Source: Trichodelitschia bisporula
Taxonomy: Eukaryota
Assembly (NCBI GenBank): GCA_010356995.1
Contig: ML996699.1
Location: 527,697 to 591,696 of the forward strand
Direction: 5' to 3'
Length of the DNA stretch: 64,000 nucleotides
Positions 34,599 through 46,800 of the stretch are shown piece after piece. The position numbers were made by a program, and so were the translations under genes. The notes under the pieces are model-generated. The model searched no databases. It had not been told where the DNA came from and saw only the letters and a list, made by a program, of their open reading frames with translations. The stretch's first letter is position 1; every line of letters starts with the position of its first letter.

Positions 34599-35913
34599 TC
34601 AGTATCTCCTCTTGCGTGGGTCGTCGTAGTCTCCGTCGTACGGCCGCTTCCTGCTGTCGTCCCGGCCGCCATACCCACCTTCGCGGTCGCGGTCGCGATA
34701 CCCACCGCCACTCCGCGGGGCAACTGGCTCACGATTGCTGCCACTCGGTCCACCGCCGCGGGGGCCTCTGTCATCCCTAGGGGCACCGTTGCGGTCGCCA
34801 TACCCACCGCCGCTGCCAAATCCGCCGCCACGTCCGCCACGAGGTCCAGATGGAGCTCCATCAGGAGGACCTTGGGTATAGCCGTTCTGGGACCCACCTC
34901 CGCGGCCACCGCCGCCATAACCGCCGCGGAATCCACCTCTGTCACCTCCTCTATCACCGCCTCCAAAACCTCCACGGAAGCCACCGCCGCCACCTCGAGG
35001 AGCACCGCGGAAGCCCCCACTGAAGCCGCCACCCCTAAAACCACCCGGTCCTCCAGGGGGAGCAAACCCGGGACCTCCTAGCGGGCGTGGAGGAGGAGCC
35101 TTAGTGTAACCACGGCCGCCCATACCACCACCAAAGCGACGAGGGCGCCACTCTTCGATGGTGCGGCCACGCTCAATGTCCACGACAACACGGCGGTCCT
35201 TGATGCGGATTCCATCAGTTTCTTTGTAGGCAGCTATTTCCACAGAAGCTCCTGCATTAGCAACTGCTCAAAAGTGCAGGATGGACAATTGAATAATCTT
35301 ACCTCTCATGTCCTTCTCGCGCTCGAAAACGATGAACGCATACCCTCTAGACTTCTTCTTTTTGGGTGCATCCTCGGGTGCCTTGATGTTGGTGACTAGC
35401 CGTATCTATGCTGAATTAGCAAAGTCGATGAACAGTACGTTCACGCTCTTACCCGCTCAATCGGGCCAAACCGACCAAACTCCCGTTCAAGATCCTTGGT
35501 CTCTACGTCATAGCTCAGACGCCCAACGAAGAGGGTCCTGTACGGATCACCCTTGATACTGGGATCGTCGGCAGGTTTGACTTTAGGAACTGTGAGTAAC
35601 ATTCTCGAACAGACGAGGGAAGGTTGCAATGGGCACAGGGTAGTAGCTCACATTTCTCAAGGCCCTCAGTGACAAGCGCAGCAATCTTCTCCTTCTTCTC
35701 CGCTTTGATGCGGTCCCTCCGCTGCAGCCAGCTCTCTGTCGGATGATACACGTCGGTGGCCTTGTATTCCCGAAGTGCATCAAGAAACTGGGAGACACCA
35801 CTAATCTTTGCCGTCACTCGACTTTCCGGCGCATGGTCGCAGGCTGGGAGGTAGCGCAAGGGAGGCCTCGGCGCGAAAAGTGCGAGAAGATTTGGAGGGA
35901 GTTTGTCCGTCAT
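34599..35913 (-). CDS. SNP1: U1 snRNP 70 kDa protein, 4 exons
   Basis: [39 protein letters not shown]1 [30 protein letters not shown] and an RGG-rich tail. Confidence 0.96.
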
Positions 35914-36261
35914 CGTGGCGGAGAACGGTGAGCCTGCAACTTCTTCAAGACTCTATCGATGATGATAATGTGCGGCGTGTAGATGCAAGGTTGAACAAAG
36001 AATGCAAAACGTGAAGTTTGCATGTAGGTTGTTAGGTTAGGTTATCTTGCGAGGTCGTGGAGTCGCGTCCTGAGCTGCCTGGCCAAACCGCCAAGCGGGC
36101 CAAGATCTAGGCAAAAGGGCGCCCGTGCATGCCATTCACGTGCAGTGCCAAGAATTATACAAGGCATCCAAATAATGCCTCAAAAATCACACCCAATACT
36201 ACTCGAAACTTGAGCGGAGATATCTACACCATTGACGACAACACGCCGTCCCTGAGTCAAC

Positions 36262-36751
36262 ATGCCGCTACGAGCAATACCAGCCGTCGCCAAAAGCCAG
36301 GTATATCTTGCATGTTAGCTTGATCTCGTTTGCGATGTGCTCACCGTATGTGCAGAATGGCGTCGGCGCCTTCATCCTCCAGTGCAAGCGTCTCGAATTC
36401 CACTTTTGCGACTGGGCCGGCTCTTCGCGTGGCATGAACTCCTTCATCCGCCATACCCTCCCCAAATTCGCCAGAGAAAACCCTCAGATAGAGATTACCG
36501 TGTCCCCGCGGCCCAACAAGCATCCCGTCATCAAAGGCCATTACATCAACGGCCGGGAGAAGGCCATCTGTGTACGCAACCTCGAGCAGAACCAGGTCTT
36601 GCAAAAGGCGGAATTGCTGAAGAATGCCAATGGCGAGAAGCTCAAGAAGGTCAAAAAGCCGGTTATCAGCATGAATGAGAGCGTTAGAGGCGTATGGAGC
36701 GGGCTGCACGGGCACAAGCTCGTGCTGAGCAACGAAGGAAAGGAGCAATGA
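36262..36751 (+). CDS. MRPL51: Mitochondrial ribosomal protein mL43 (MrpL51), intron 36301-36355
   Basis: MPLRAIPAVAKSQ|NGVGAFILQCKRLEFHFCDWAGSSRGMN...HPVIKGHYINGREKAICVRN...SVRGVWSGLH. Confidence 0.93.
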
Positions 36752-37084
36752 GCTTTGGGTTTACGGTCATATTGCATTGGTGGCTGGGGGCGTTTTAGCG
36801 GCTATGCCCGCTGGCTGTAATATACCACAGCATTTTGAATTGCATCATCATGTCTAAAGCAGCGCCAGAAATCATCTATACTACCGGGAGAGAGCAAAGA
36901 GTTGCAGTCTGCTCACCGCTGAAGCTCATCTTCTCGCCTCCTCGGCTGGCATTGGCGTGGGGCACATTACTTGCCGACAGGGAAACTGCCAGCGCAAGCA
37001 CTTCAACTCATGACAACAGCCTGGCATGCACATGCGGTTCCTGACGACCATTCTCAGTGTCTTTTACTTCATCTATCATTTCCT

Positions 37085-38651
37085 TTATGTTGAGAAGACC
37101 GCTTGTCTCTTCATCGTTTGTACAAAAAGCTGCAAGGAAGCCTCGGGTTCTGGAACGTGAGTACAATCTCTTGTACGGAACAGGATAACTTACGGTAATA
37201 AGCAGCCTCGTGCCCTGCTTGATAGATCCTCAAAAAGGAGAAGTTGTCCACGCTCTTGTACTCCCCTTTGGTAACGCCCCTCACCTTGTACGGCCGGAGT
37301 TGAGCAGCTTTAAACTTAGCCTGTCCTGGAAACTTGACCTCGTTCGCAGTCGCCAAATTTCCCATCCAATTGCAGATCCAGTCGGCTGAAAGCGTCAGCG
37401 GAGACAGTGATTTCTGCGTAGACGTACCATCACCGGCCCAGATTAAGGTAGTGACGTTGGCCTTGACGATGTTGGAAAGGGCACCGAGAAATGAACGCGA
37501 GTCTGTAAAGTCAGCAAAACTCCCTACTCGGACGTATACGCACCGTCGCCAGTAGTAATGAACTTTCTGAGAGGGGCATTTGGACACTCGTCGTACTTCT
37601 TTTTTGCCCCAATTCGTTGCTGTATGTCGGACTTCTGCAGGTATTTGATATACATTTCGGGCGGGAACCCAGACTTGGGCGGCGTTCGCACGTCATAGAC
37701 GTCAAAGTTGCCCCTAGAAAGGGGAGACTCCACTGCGGACTTGCAAGTCATAACCGCATTTTGGCAGTCCCTGTTGGAGTCCGTCTGCCAGCATTTCTGC
37801 AAGGCCGGGAGGCATCTGCTCTGCATCGTTTTGGTGTACGTCTGCTGCTGTTGAGCGGAGATGAGCTTCTTGTGGTTATTGGTCGCCGCATAATCTATCA
37901 GTGCCTGGTAATTGTCTGAAGGGTGTATCCAGCCATTATTGACACCTAATGCGACCAGGTTGATCTTCTCTCCCTTGACCTTGCCGGCCTCAATGGCTGA
38001 GTTCTGGGCCATGATGTACCGAGCAAACTCCGGTCCGTAGTGGCCCCCGTAGGACTCCGTCCAGATGCCAAATTCCCGGCTCTTGTATTCCTTGAAATTG
38101 GCATAGAAAGCTTGGATCAAGGCCCACACGTATGGAGAAGCAGTCTTCGTAGAGTCAACATTGTTTGTGCCATAGGAAAAGCCAACGCCAATCGGCTGGT
38201 CAATGTAGAGCATGTTCGCATGCTCGTTCCAGCTGTACGGATTGTTTGCCGGAGTGTCGGAACCGTTATAGAACTGGCAGGGACCGTGTTCCTGGAAGAG
38301 ACCGATCATGCTGGAGCAGCCTGGTCCGCCATTGAACCATGTAACCAATGGCGCATTTTGAGGATTATGTCGAGCCTCGAAAAACCAGAACCACATGTTC
38401 ATGTTGTCTCCGACCTGGAAATAGCCACTGCGCTGGTTCACACCAGGGGTCGACTCGCATACCCCGGAGTTAGAGACGTATTCCATCCGTGAGCTTGTCG
38501 CCGCATGTTCGAAAACCTCCACTTTGGCCGTTGAACGTCTGTCAAAGGGACCCGCGACTTTGGACTGGTCATTTTCAAGGAAAGGACCGGACACCGCAAG
38601 AGAAAGGGAAGCCAGCAAGGGCAAAAGAATGAAAGGGCGTGTTTCCCACAT
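37085..38651 (-). CDS. Secreted serine carboxypeptidase (S10, carboxypeptidase S1-like), about 4 exons
   Basis: Signal peptide, WFNGGPGCSS, YIDQPIGVGFSY, catalytic ESYGG, WAGD-ADWICN and AGHE. Confidence 0.93.
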
Positions 38652-39727
38652 TGCGGTCTGGCTTGAACAGGTTCAGAACGGCGACGAAGTCGCCAAAAGG
38701 GTGAGAGGAGGGAGACATATTAGGACTGTAGCAGGGTCAGGTGTGCATGAACATTCCGCTTTCTCCAAAAGGGGTGGAACCCTCAATCTGATGTATGCCC
38801 CATGTGTACCCATACAAACACGGAGTGAATGCAACAACGACAGTGGCACTGGCGGAAAAACGCTTGACTGGCATATTGAAACGGCAGTCTAGTTCCGGGT
38901 TAGCCAGGCACATGGCAGGGCGATAGTATGGTTTTGCTGTTCGGCGCGGGGAAGGTAGACTTGGAGAGTGTACCGAGCGCGATGCCTGGGATAGATTGGT
39001 TCTCGGCTAGCAGTGAGCCCTTCCCGAACATTGCCATCTCAATATTCACGCAATATGGCTCTCGGCATGTGAATCGAAGTAGGTATTAGTACATATTGTT
39101 GAGCTGGACTAACTATTGGAATTGTATAGACTAGTGGCGACTGGATAGGTGAGCCGTCGTTCAGATGAAGTGGGGATGCCCCAACGCGATGCTGAAACAC
39201 ACGAGATTTAAGTGGGCGATACCAGCTAAAGGAAGGTAAGAACCGCCCAGTACTAGATCTCTGGATCGTTTATGCCAAAGAAAACAAAGATCTACCACAG
39301 AAGGAGTGCTGTACCCGTTGATGCAGGGAACTCGTCCGAGATATGAGGTATTCATGTTTGGAACCACGTCACCATGGCTTCCCTGAAGGAACACCTCAGC
39401 CGTCTTCCGTAGCCGAAAGGGAATAGCTTTCGAGTCTAGAACAGTATCTGAGCATAATTAGGCGCTAGGTCAACCTGGATGAAAGAACAACTCAGATTCC
39501 TCGGCAATTATGAAGGGACAGCCAAATTCTAGGTTACTTAGAAGCTCTTAACCAAGATATGATCAGGGCACCCAGCACAGTTGAGCCCTGGCTTGACGTG
39601 AAGAATGCGGGAGGACGAAAAGGGTATGCGGTAGGCTTGAGAGACTTATCCCGGTAGGTTTGACTACAAATCGGTCTGATTAAGGCTAGCAGCCATTAAA
39701 CAAGATTCCCGCATGTCCGAACTTGCA

Positions 39728-40584
39728 TTATGGTACAGTCTTCCACGCCTTCCCCGGTTGCATCGCGGGGATTGCAACCATTTCGATGAACCAGGTCTTT
39801 CCCCCATCTCTTGTGGTAAGATCAGTCATTTGGATCCCTTTGGACATGGAAAGGGTCTTGCTGAGAGACGGTTCCGGCTCCAATAGCGTAAGCGTGGTGT
39901 TGAAGTAGTACTGGACATCCGCCGAACCCTCATTGCCCCCTTGCGTCTCCGTCGCCATTTCAAACCTAACAAAGTAAGAGGCGGTCTTGGAATTCTGCAG
40001 GCCTTACCATTTGCATTTAGAAGTGCCTCTGACATAACTAAAAAGCCACTTGTTGCCTTTGCTGACGTTGTGTAGCGTTTGATTCCACATCCCGTTTGGC
40101 CCGGAAGCTTTAGAGTACTCGATTGAGATCTTATCTGTAGCATCGATAGCCACTCCAGACACAGGACTCTGTGAAATGTATCCACGTGAGACTACGTGAG
40201 GTCGTATGCACCTAGGGAGGTTCAGCAGAGGCACTCCTGTGACGGAAGTAGTTACCATTGCCCGGGCTGAGCATTACACCACAACTGCATGGATATCGGC
40301 ACATGATATTCAGCGGCGGTCTGAATTAAATCGCCATTCGCTTTGTTTTCCTGATCACTCAGGCCCGACCACAGAAACAAGTTGCCAGCAACTTGAGCGG
40401 GCGGGCGACCGGGAATGAAAGTGGTTTTGACGTTGATATACTCTGACTTGACTTGACCCAAAGTAACGTGAGGCCCGAAGGATCGGAACTGCCTTATCAC
40501 AGGCAGGCTGCCCGACGCTGGGGCGGCGCTGGCGGAAGCTCCCGCGAGACTGAGAAAAGCGACGAGGACCGGCCGACGCCGCAT
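39728..40584 (-). CDS. Secreted hypothetical beta-rich protein, 3 exons
   Basis: Signal peptide MRRRPVLVAFLSLAGASA. ORFs 40252-40584, 40004-40258 and 39728-39958 join through GTAACT and GTAAGG introns (…QW|CIRP…KW|FEMATETQ…GGKTWFI). Confidence 0.75.
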
Positions 40585-40884
40585 TTTAAGAAATCAGCGA
40601 TTCTAGCCTTTCCTCTGCGGAAGCCCCATGCATGGAATCTGGGGAAGTGAACTGTAGGATCTCAGAACGTGTCCAGTCTGCTAATCGCCGTTTAGTATGC
40701 GAGTCCTTGGCGCGGGTCACATAGATTGCTTCGCTGGAAGAGCCTTGCCCACATTTCACGTGGAAATGCACGGTCGAAAGCTAGAATGATCAGCGGAGAA
40801 GTTAACTTCATATTACTTCTTCTCGGGGTAGATATCAGGTTCTTAAATAACTCCGTGCTCTGTTTGAGGCAGTATTAGGACAAA

Positions 40885-43800
40885 TTACACCCAAGCAGAC
40901 CAACCTATGAAAGCTATCAGCTGAGCTCGCGACTTGGATCTGGAGTACACTTACCCGCAAACAAAACCGCTAGATTTCGCTCATCAATAGCTTGGGTGAT
41001 CAGCTCACTCACAGTCGCCGCAGTGCTCAAGGCATCGCCCAGCTTCTTTTCGACGGTGGTCAGAGCACGTCCCGCCTCTCCAACCTCTTCCTCGCCCTTT
41101 CTGCTAACGAAGGAAGCTTGATTCGGAGCTTGCGGCTGGTCGATACTTTGCGTGGCTTGCATTCTCTGCGCTCTCAGAGGGGAAACTTTCCAGTTCATCA
41201 ACGGGTCGTAACGGAGAACGTTCAGGAGAGTCATGATGTTCTCACGTTCGATTCGAAGGGTGTCAAGCGTGAACTCGCAGCAACGACGGAACACCCCTTC
41301 CGTCTTAGTGTACCCCATCCCGTCCACGAGGTCCCTCGTCAGGCGGAAGGGAACGACCTCCGGTACGGGAAGGATACGGCCAGCTTCAAATGCAACGCCG
41401 AAATCAATGTGCACAATTTCTCCACTGTACTGATCGAGGAGAATATTGTGTAAGTGTCGGTCGCCCAGTCCGAGAATGTGGCCAAGAATGGACATGACCG
41501 CCATGCTTCTTGTGTACGCCAAACGTCGTTCAAACCAGTCGCCTGGGGCTGCAAACTTCTCGAAGAAAAAGAAGCGCATGACAGGGTGGAACCGATCAGT
41601 GACCACCTTGTACGCCTTGACTCTGTGTTCGTTGGAATCCCTGGCAGCCTTGGAGACGGCCTCGCGGCATTTGTTGTGACGCATGTCCTTTGGATAGTAG
41701 ATCTCGTGCGCGGGAACAAGCACGTCATGCAATGGGAGAGTGTTGCGCACGAACTCCAAAGCGCCGGTTGAGCCACTGAGCGGAAGAACCTTGTATGTCC
41801 GGATGTTCAAGTTCCGCTGTCGGGTGGCCGTATGACTTTTCAGAAGTGTACTAACTTCCTCAAAGACTTGTTCCATGATAGCATCTTGTCGGAGATCGTC
41901 ACCGCCAGCTTTGTACTGTTGCAAGTTAGACAATATTCAAAAATCTAAGCCACAGAAACCTACAAGCTGCTTGTACTCCTGGCCATCAGTGCAGATAGCG
42001 GTGAGAATCTTTGGCATACTGAGCCCATTGGCAATGCGCATTTTCGACTTGAAGCCGACGATCCGAGGAACATTGCTATAATTCATGTTGGCCTGCAATG
42101 GTATTGACATTGTGGCTGGCGGGACCTCGAAGCCTCGGATTTTGCGGGCCATATTTTTTGTCACAGGAAACTGGTCGAGCCTGAATTCTTTGCCGCATTC
42201 AAAGGACTTCCCTTTTTCGGTTCCGTATAGTGCAAGCTCATGGTACATCTTGTCTGTCTCGTAAATTGCCTGCCAGACTACGTGAGTTGTCTTGTCTTTC
42301 TTGAGACTGGACGAGATTTGATTAGCCGCGTTCCATCGTAACTTGCCAGTGCCGTCCTTGTGTTCCGAAGTCATAATGGCAAAAATGTGATGCATCATGT
42401 GGTAGGGATGATCAGCACACATCTTCCCTATTAACTTGAAGAGGTGGGACTGAAATTCGTTGCGATCAGCTTGGAGTCGGGAAGAAAGCTGATTTGTTAG
42501 CCGCACAAATTTGGCAGTTGGGACCTGTAGCAAGTGGCGTCCGACAGCGGCATTCGCGGTTTCCGAGTCGGCGTACTCTAGCCACAGCGAAAGGAACCGT
42601 AGAATGTCATTGTCGTACTCATCCGATGCTGTCAGGCAGAGTAGGTAGTTTTCGAGGCTGCGAATCATAGAGGTTTCCCGAATCTGGTGCATCCGCTGGT
42701 ATTCTTCATTGTAGATCCTGAACCACTTGTCGGCCTTCACGTACTCGTACTGAGCGCCCTTCTTGTCAGCTTCGGTCCTCGAAGATCTCGCACTGGCCTT
42801 AGCCTGATCCATCTCCTTCTTCTTCCAATCGCGCAAGCGTTGGATGCGATTGAATTCCTCCACTCCGTCCGGATTCTGCAACTGCTTATCGCAAAAGGTG
42901 GCAAATTCGTGGAAGACCCGAGCAGCAACCGAATCGTGGTCTTTGGAAAGCAATTGCTCGATAGCTGGCCCAAGGTACTTGCTCATAATCTCATCTGGCT
43001 GTTCCAGGCGGGCGGCTGCGATGTGGTGGCCCTAAGGAAGTCAGTACAGTTGTCTGGTTATCAAATTAAACTTACCAGCTTTGCTAGGAGATTGGCCCGT
43101 TTGTTGTCGGACGTCTTGACTTTCTGACTCGCGTGATGTGTAATCAGCTGCTGAAGCTTACGAATCGAAGTCGACTGCTCCCCCTGATCCCAAAGCACAT
43201 CGGCGACTTCTTGCTCTACCTCGGCCTCAATGTCTAGACCAAGCTCCTTGTATACGGGCAGCAAGTCAATCATTTTAGTCGCAACGGCTAATGATTCCTG
43301 GAGCGCGCCTTGCCTCCTTGATATGGCACAGGAGGCAATGAGATTCTGGATTTCAAAGTTACGCGCATCCCGGCCGTTGATGTGCATCAGGTCCTGGAGC
43401 GTCTTGTTCGTGCTCAGGGTGCTGAACAATGTTTCCCTTGCAGACAGAATGGGCATTGCATCATCCGGTCTGCTATGCGTTAGTATATGACAGGCGGCCA
43501 TGAAGAATGCTTACTGTGTGTGCAGTATCCAAGTGTTTCTTTCCTGCATATTGACAATGGCATCCTGTAGTTGATCTGGCGAGGAGGAGCTCAAGACATC
43601 GTCAATTTCTGTGAGAAGTCCCAGAGTCCGGAGGGACCGCTTCAAAGAGTTCCTTGCAGTATCAGGACTGAGAACTTTGTGAATGGTTGTCAAGAAGCCG
43701 GTGTCCAGCCGCTTGCGCATTATCTCGCTGTTTGGTGCATTGTGAATTCCTTGGAAAACCATGAAGGTTGTGGCCGTCTCCGATTTGGCAGTCTCGGGAA

Positions 43801-46800
43801 CTCTGATGTCCCACTGCTCTAACTTTTGTGCCGTGCGGAGCACGCTGTCTACGGAGCCCGCGTCGCGATCGAAGATTCGCCTATTGGAGAGCAAGGCATG
43901 CGTGACGCTGTTGAGGTTCAAATTAATCATAGAGCGCACAACGCCGCCAAAATCCACGCTAGATGCTTCGTGATGATTCCGCATTTGGCTGTCTAGCCTA
44001 GCCCCGCGGAAAAGGAGTCCTTTGAACCCATCGCTTTCATACTCCAGTCGGTTGATCACGGAGTCAAGAGTTGGGCTCTGCTGGACCCCGTAAAATGAGT
44101 CCGGCTCAGCTATGTTCCTGTATATTGACAGGAGAAGGTCATCCGGAAGAGGTTTGACGGTTACGGTGGATGAGGGACGAGACGACGTCGGCATATCCGA
44201 TGCTCCAATTTCAACCAGCATCAGTGCCGTCGTATGCATCCCGCATGTTTCCGCAGCGCGTGCGGCAGCTGTGAAGTCAACCTCGACCCATCTGAAACGA
44301 TCAATCACGACGGATTCCCGGGGAAATATCTGCTTCCGAAGGTAGAGGATAACATTCAACAGAGACCGAACATGAGGTATCGTCGTCCTCTCAACTTTCA
44401 AAAACCAGGTTTTACAGGCATCCGATAAGGTCCGCTGCAACTTGCAGGCGGCTTGCACATCCCGGAGAAGGACAAGGTGCCAAATCGGGGCAAAGAGCTT
44501 TTCGGCTAATCCCCTGATTCCAGCGATCGCGCAATCCAAGCTGCCAATTAGCGGATCGGAACGACAAGTCAATATCAGTGCCACAGTCAGATTCCGAATC
44601 CAAACGTCGTATGGCATATCGTAGCTGGCCAAGATCTCCTCAAGCGGCAATGGGACCGACGGGCGAGGGGTTAATCTGACTTCCGTTCGAGGCAAGCTCA
44701 AGGAGGCTTGCATGGAATCTGGGAGAAGGGCGAAGAAGTCCCTCGCTTCCTCTTTCTCAGTCGTGAGAGATCCAATGAGGCGTAGTGCTTCCTCGGCCAG
44801 ACCAACTTCACTGAGCTCACTGCTCATAAGCAGGTCCCTTAAGGCGTGAATTATGACTTTCTCCGACGACCAACGGTGCGACTGTGGCCCTTCTTCCACT
44901 TGAGGTTTTGTGTCAGATCTCGTGATGAGCCTTTCTGACCATCCATTTCTGTTATAGGCTCTTCCAAGGACTCTCGCAGCCCAAAGCAGGTAATTTTCAC
45001 CCACATTGGGACTCCCGCAGGACGAGTACACTTCTGGAGCAAGCGATAAAGCCTCAGTGTCACGGCCCAGGATATCATTGCGATACGACGGGGGCTTTTC
45101 AAACTGGGAGGACAAGAGGCCGAGGGTGAGGTCACGAGCGGGCCCGTCTAACAAGCACGTCCCAACCTTTTGGTCCTCTAGAAGCTCCTTGAGAAGGCGA
45201 CTCTCCGCAACTCTTTCAATAGCGCTAGACTTCGCTTGAGTGTTGGCGGCAGCCTCCAACAGAGAACGGAAACGACCGAGCGTCGAGGCGTCGAGGCCTT
45301 TCTTCTGGTAGCTTTTGGAGTAGTCAGTGGACCATTCATCAACAAGCCATTCGTGGAATTTTTGGGCCGTTGTCATAGTTTTGGCATGCTGGTCTTGTTG
45401 AGTTGTCTTGTCCTGGGAGGAACCGGTGAATCTCCGGAGTGAGACGAGCGTTGACACAACAACGCCAGATACGAAGGCCATCTGATTCGTAAGATAGGGA
45501 AGACCTCGTACGAAGAGGTACTGAGAAACGCCGATAGCATCGTCAGCGCAGTGATTGTCTGTGAGGAAAGGCCGAAGGGCGTGAAGGGTCATCTCAAGCT
45601 GGTAGTTGGCAAGTGCAACAGGCCCTGCAAGAGCTATCAGTACCCTGATCTTGCGGATCATCGAGCAAGCATGGAGTGAGCCCAGCGCAGGATGTATTCT
45701 GTTCAACATCATCCTCAGGACAAGTACATAGAGAGCAGGCGTCCATAACGATCCGTAGTCGCGCTGACTATCTTCACATAATTGCTGGATCATCGGGAGC
45801 AGATATTTTGCCCGGAAAAGAGGCTGCTGATCCGATGGAAGGGTAATATCCGAAGCACTAATGCTGATCATCTCAGTCAATAACGTACCCGCGTCACTGC
45901 TGTCGGGGTCCTTGCTCAGGGCTTTCGGAAGCCGGGATTCTTCCTCAATCGTGGCCATAAACGTGCCGATGATCGTTGGGAAGAACTTGTTGAGGAGCGT
46001 CTTGTACTTCGCGGCACCAAGAAGCTTCCGAATCTGGCCTTCTCCGGAGGAGAGCCCTCTAGAATCAGAGTGCTCAGCGGCCCGAGCGAGGCAATACGCC
46101 GTCGCTTTGCCAAAGGAGTCACACAAGATATCGACGGTTGAGGAACCAAGACTTTCTACCAGGAAATCGAGCTCGTCTTGACGTGTCTTCATCAACAGCT
46201 GCCCGAAAGCTTCGTCTTTGACATCCTCAAGGAGCTGCGCGAGGCTGTAGTACTTGAAAATCTCGAATGGTATGGCGGAAAGTGGCTGGTTGTCAAGCCA
46301 CGAGTAAAGGATCTGAGGCGCAAAAAGCCGGAAAAGGGCCTGCGGGTCTAAACCGAGAACTTCGGAGATGATACTCACACAATGCAAAGCGTGTCCTTGT
46401 GCATGGGGGACGAGCCCGGCGGTCTCGAATATGTGGTACACGCATCGCCTTACAAGTGTGCTCCAGGACGCACCCAGCCGGGCCAAAACATATAATCGCA
46501 AAGCAAGTCCTTCTTTTGAGTCGAGTTCTTCTGGAATGCTTTTGTGAACATTTTCAAAGGCGGCTTCGTGGCGTCCTAAAGGAAGCTGTGCAAAATATTC
46601 TGAGAGGCGCTCAGCTATGCGAAATTTTAGCGGAATGGAGCCGGATTTGAGGAGACCGAAGAGTGAAGTTTCGACCGACGGAGCACGGGGCGAGGGCGCG
46701 TACTCGGCGTCGTAACTGGCGAGTAGAGACAAGAGGAGCTCCATTATTGACAGCTGAACGTTAATGGAGCAGATATGCCTTGGTAAGGCGATGAGTATGA

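Noticed and set aside
34178..35065. 295-aa alternative-frame ORF over the U1-70K 3' end
   Set aside because: Likely a by-product of the GC-rich RGG coding sequence. The UTR signals are reported as an RNA-level finding instead.
32505..35913. RD/RS-rich gene as a split-off C-terminal domain of the neighbouring U1-70K
   Set aside because: The genes are on opposite strands, U1-70K is complete with its own RGG tail, and the similarity is only compositional.
36024..36045. TTAGG-like telomeric repeat in the U1-70K/MRPL51 spacer
   Set aside because: Only two to three imperfect units and not TTAGGG.
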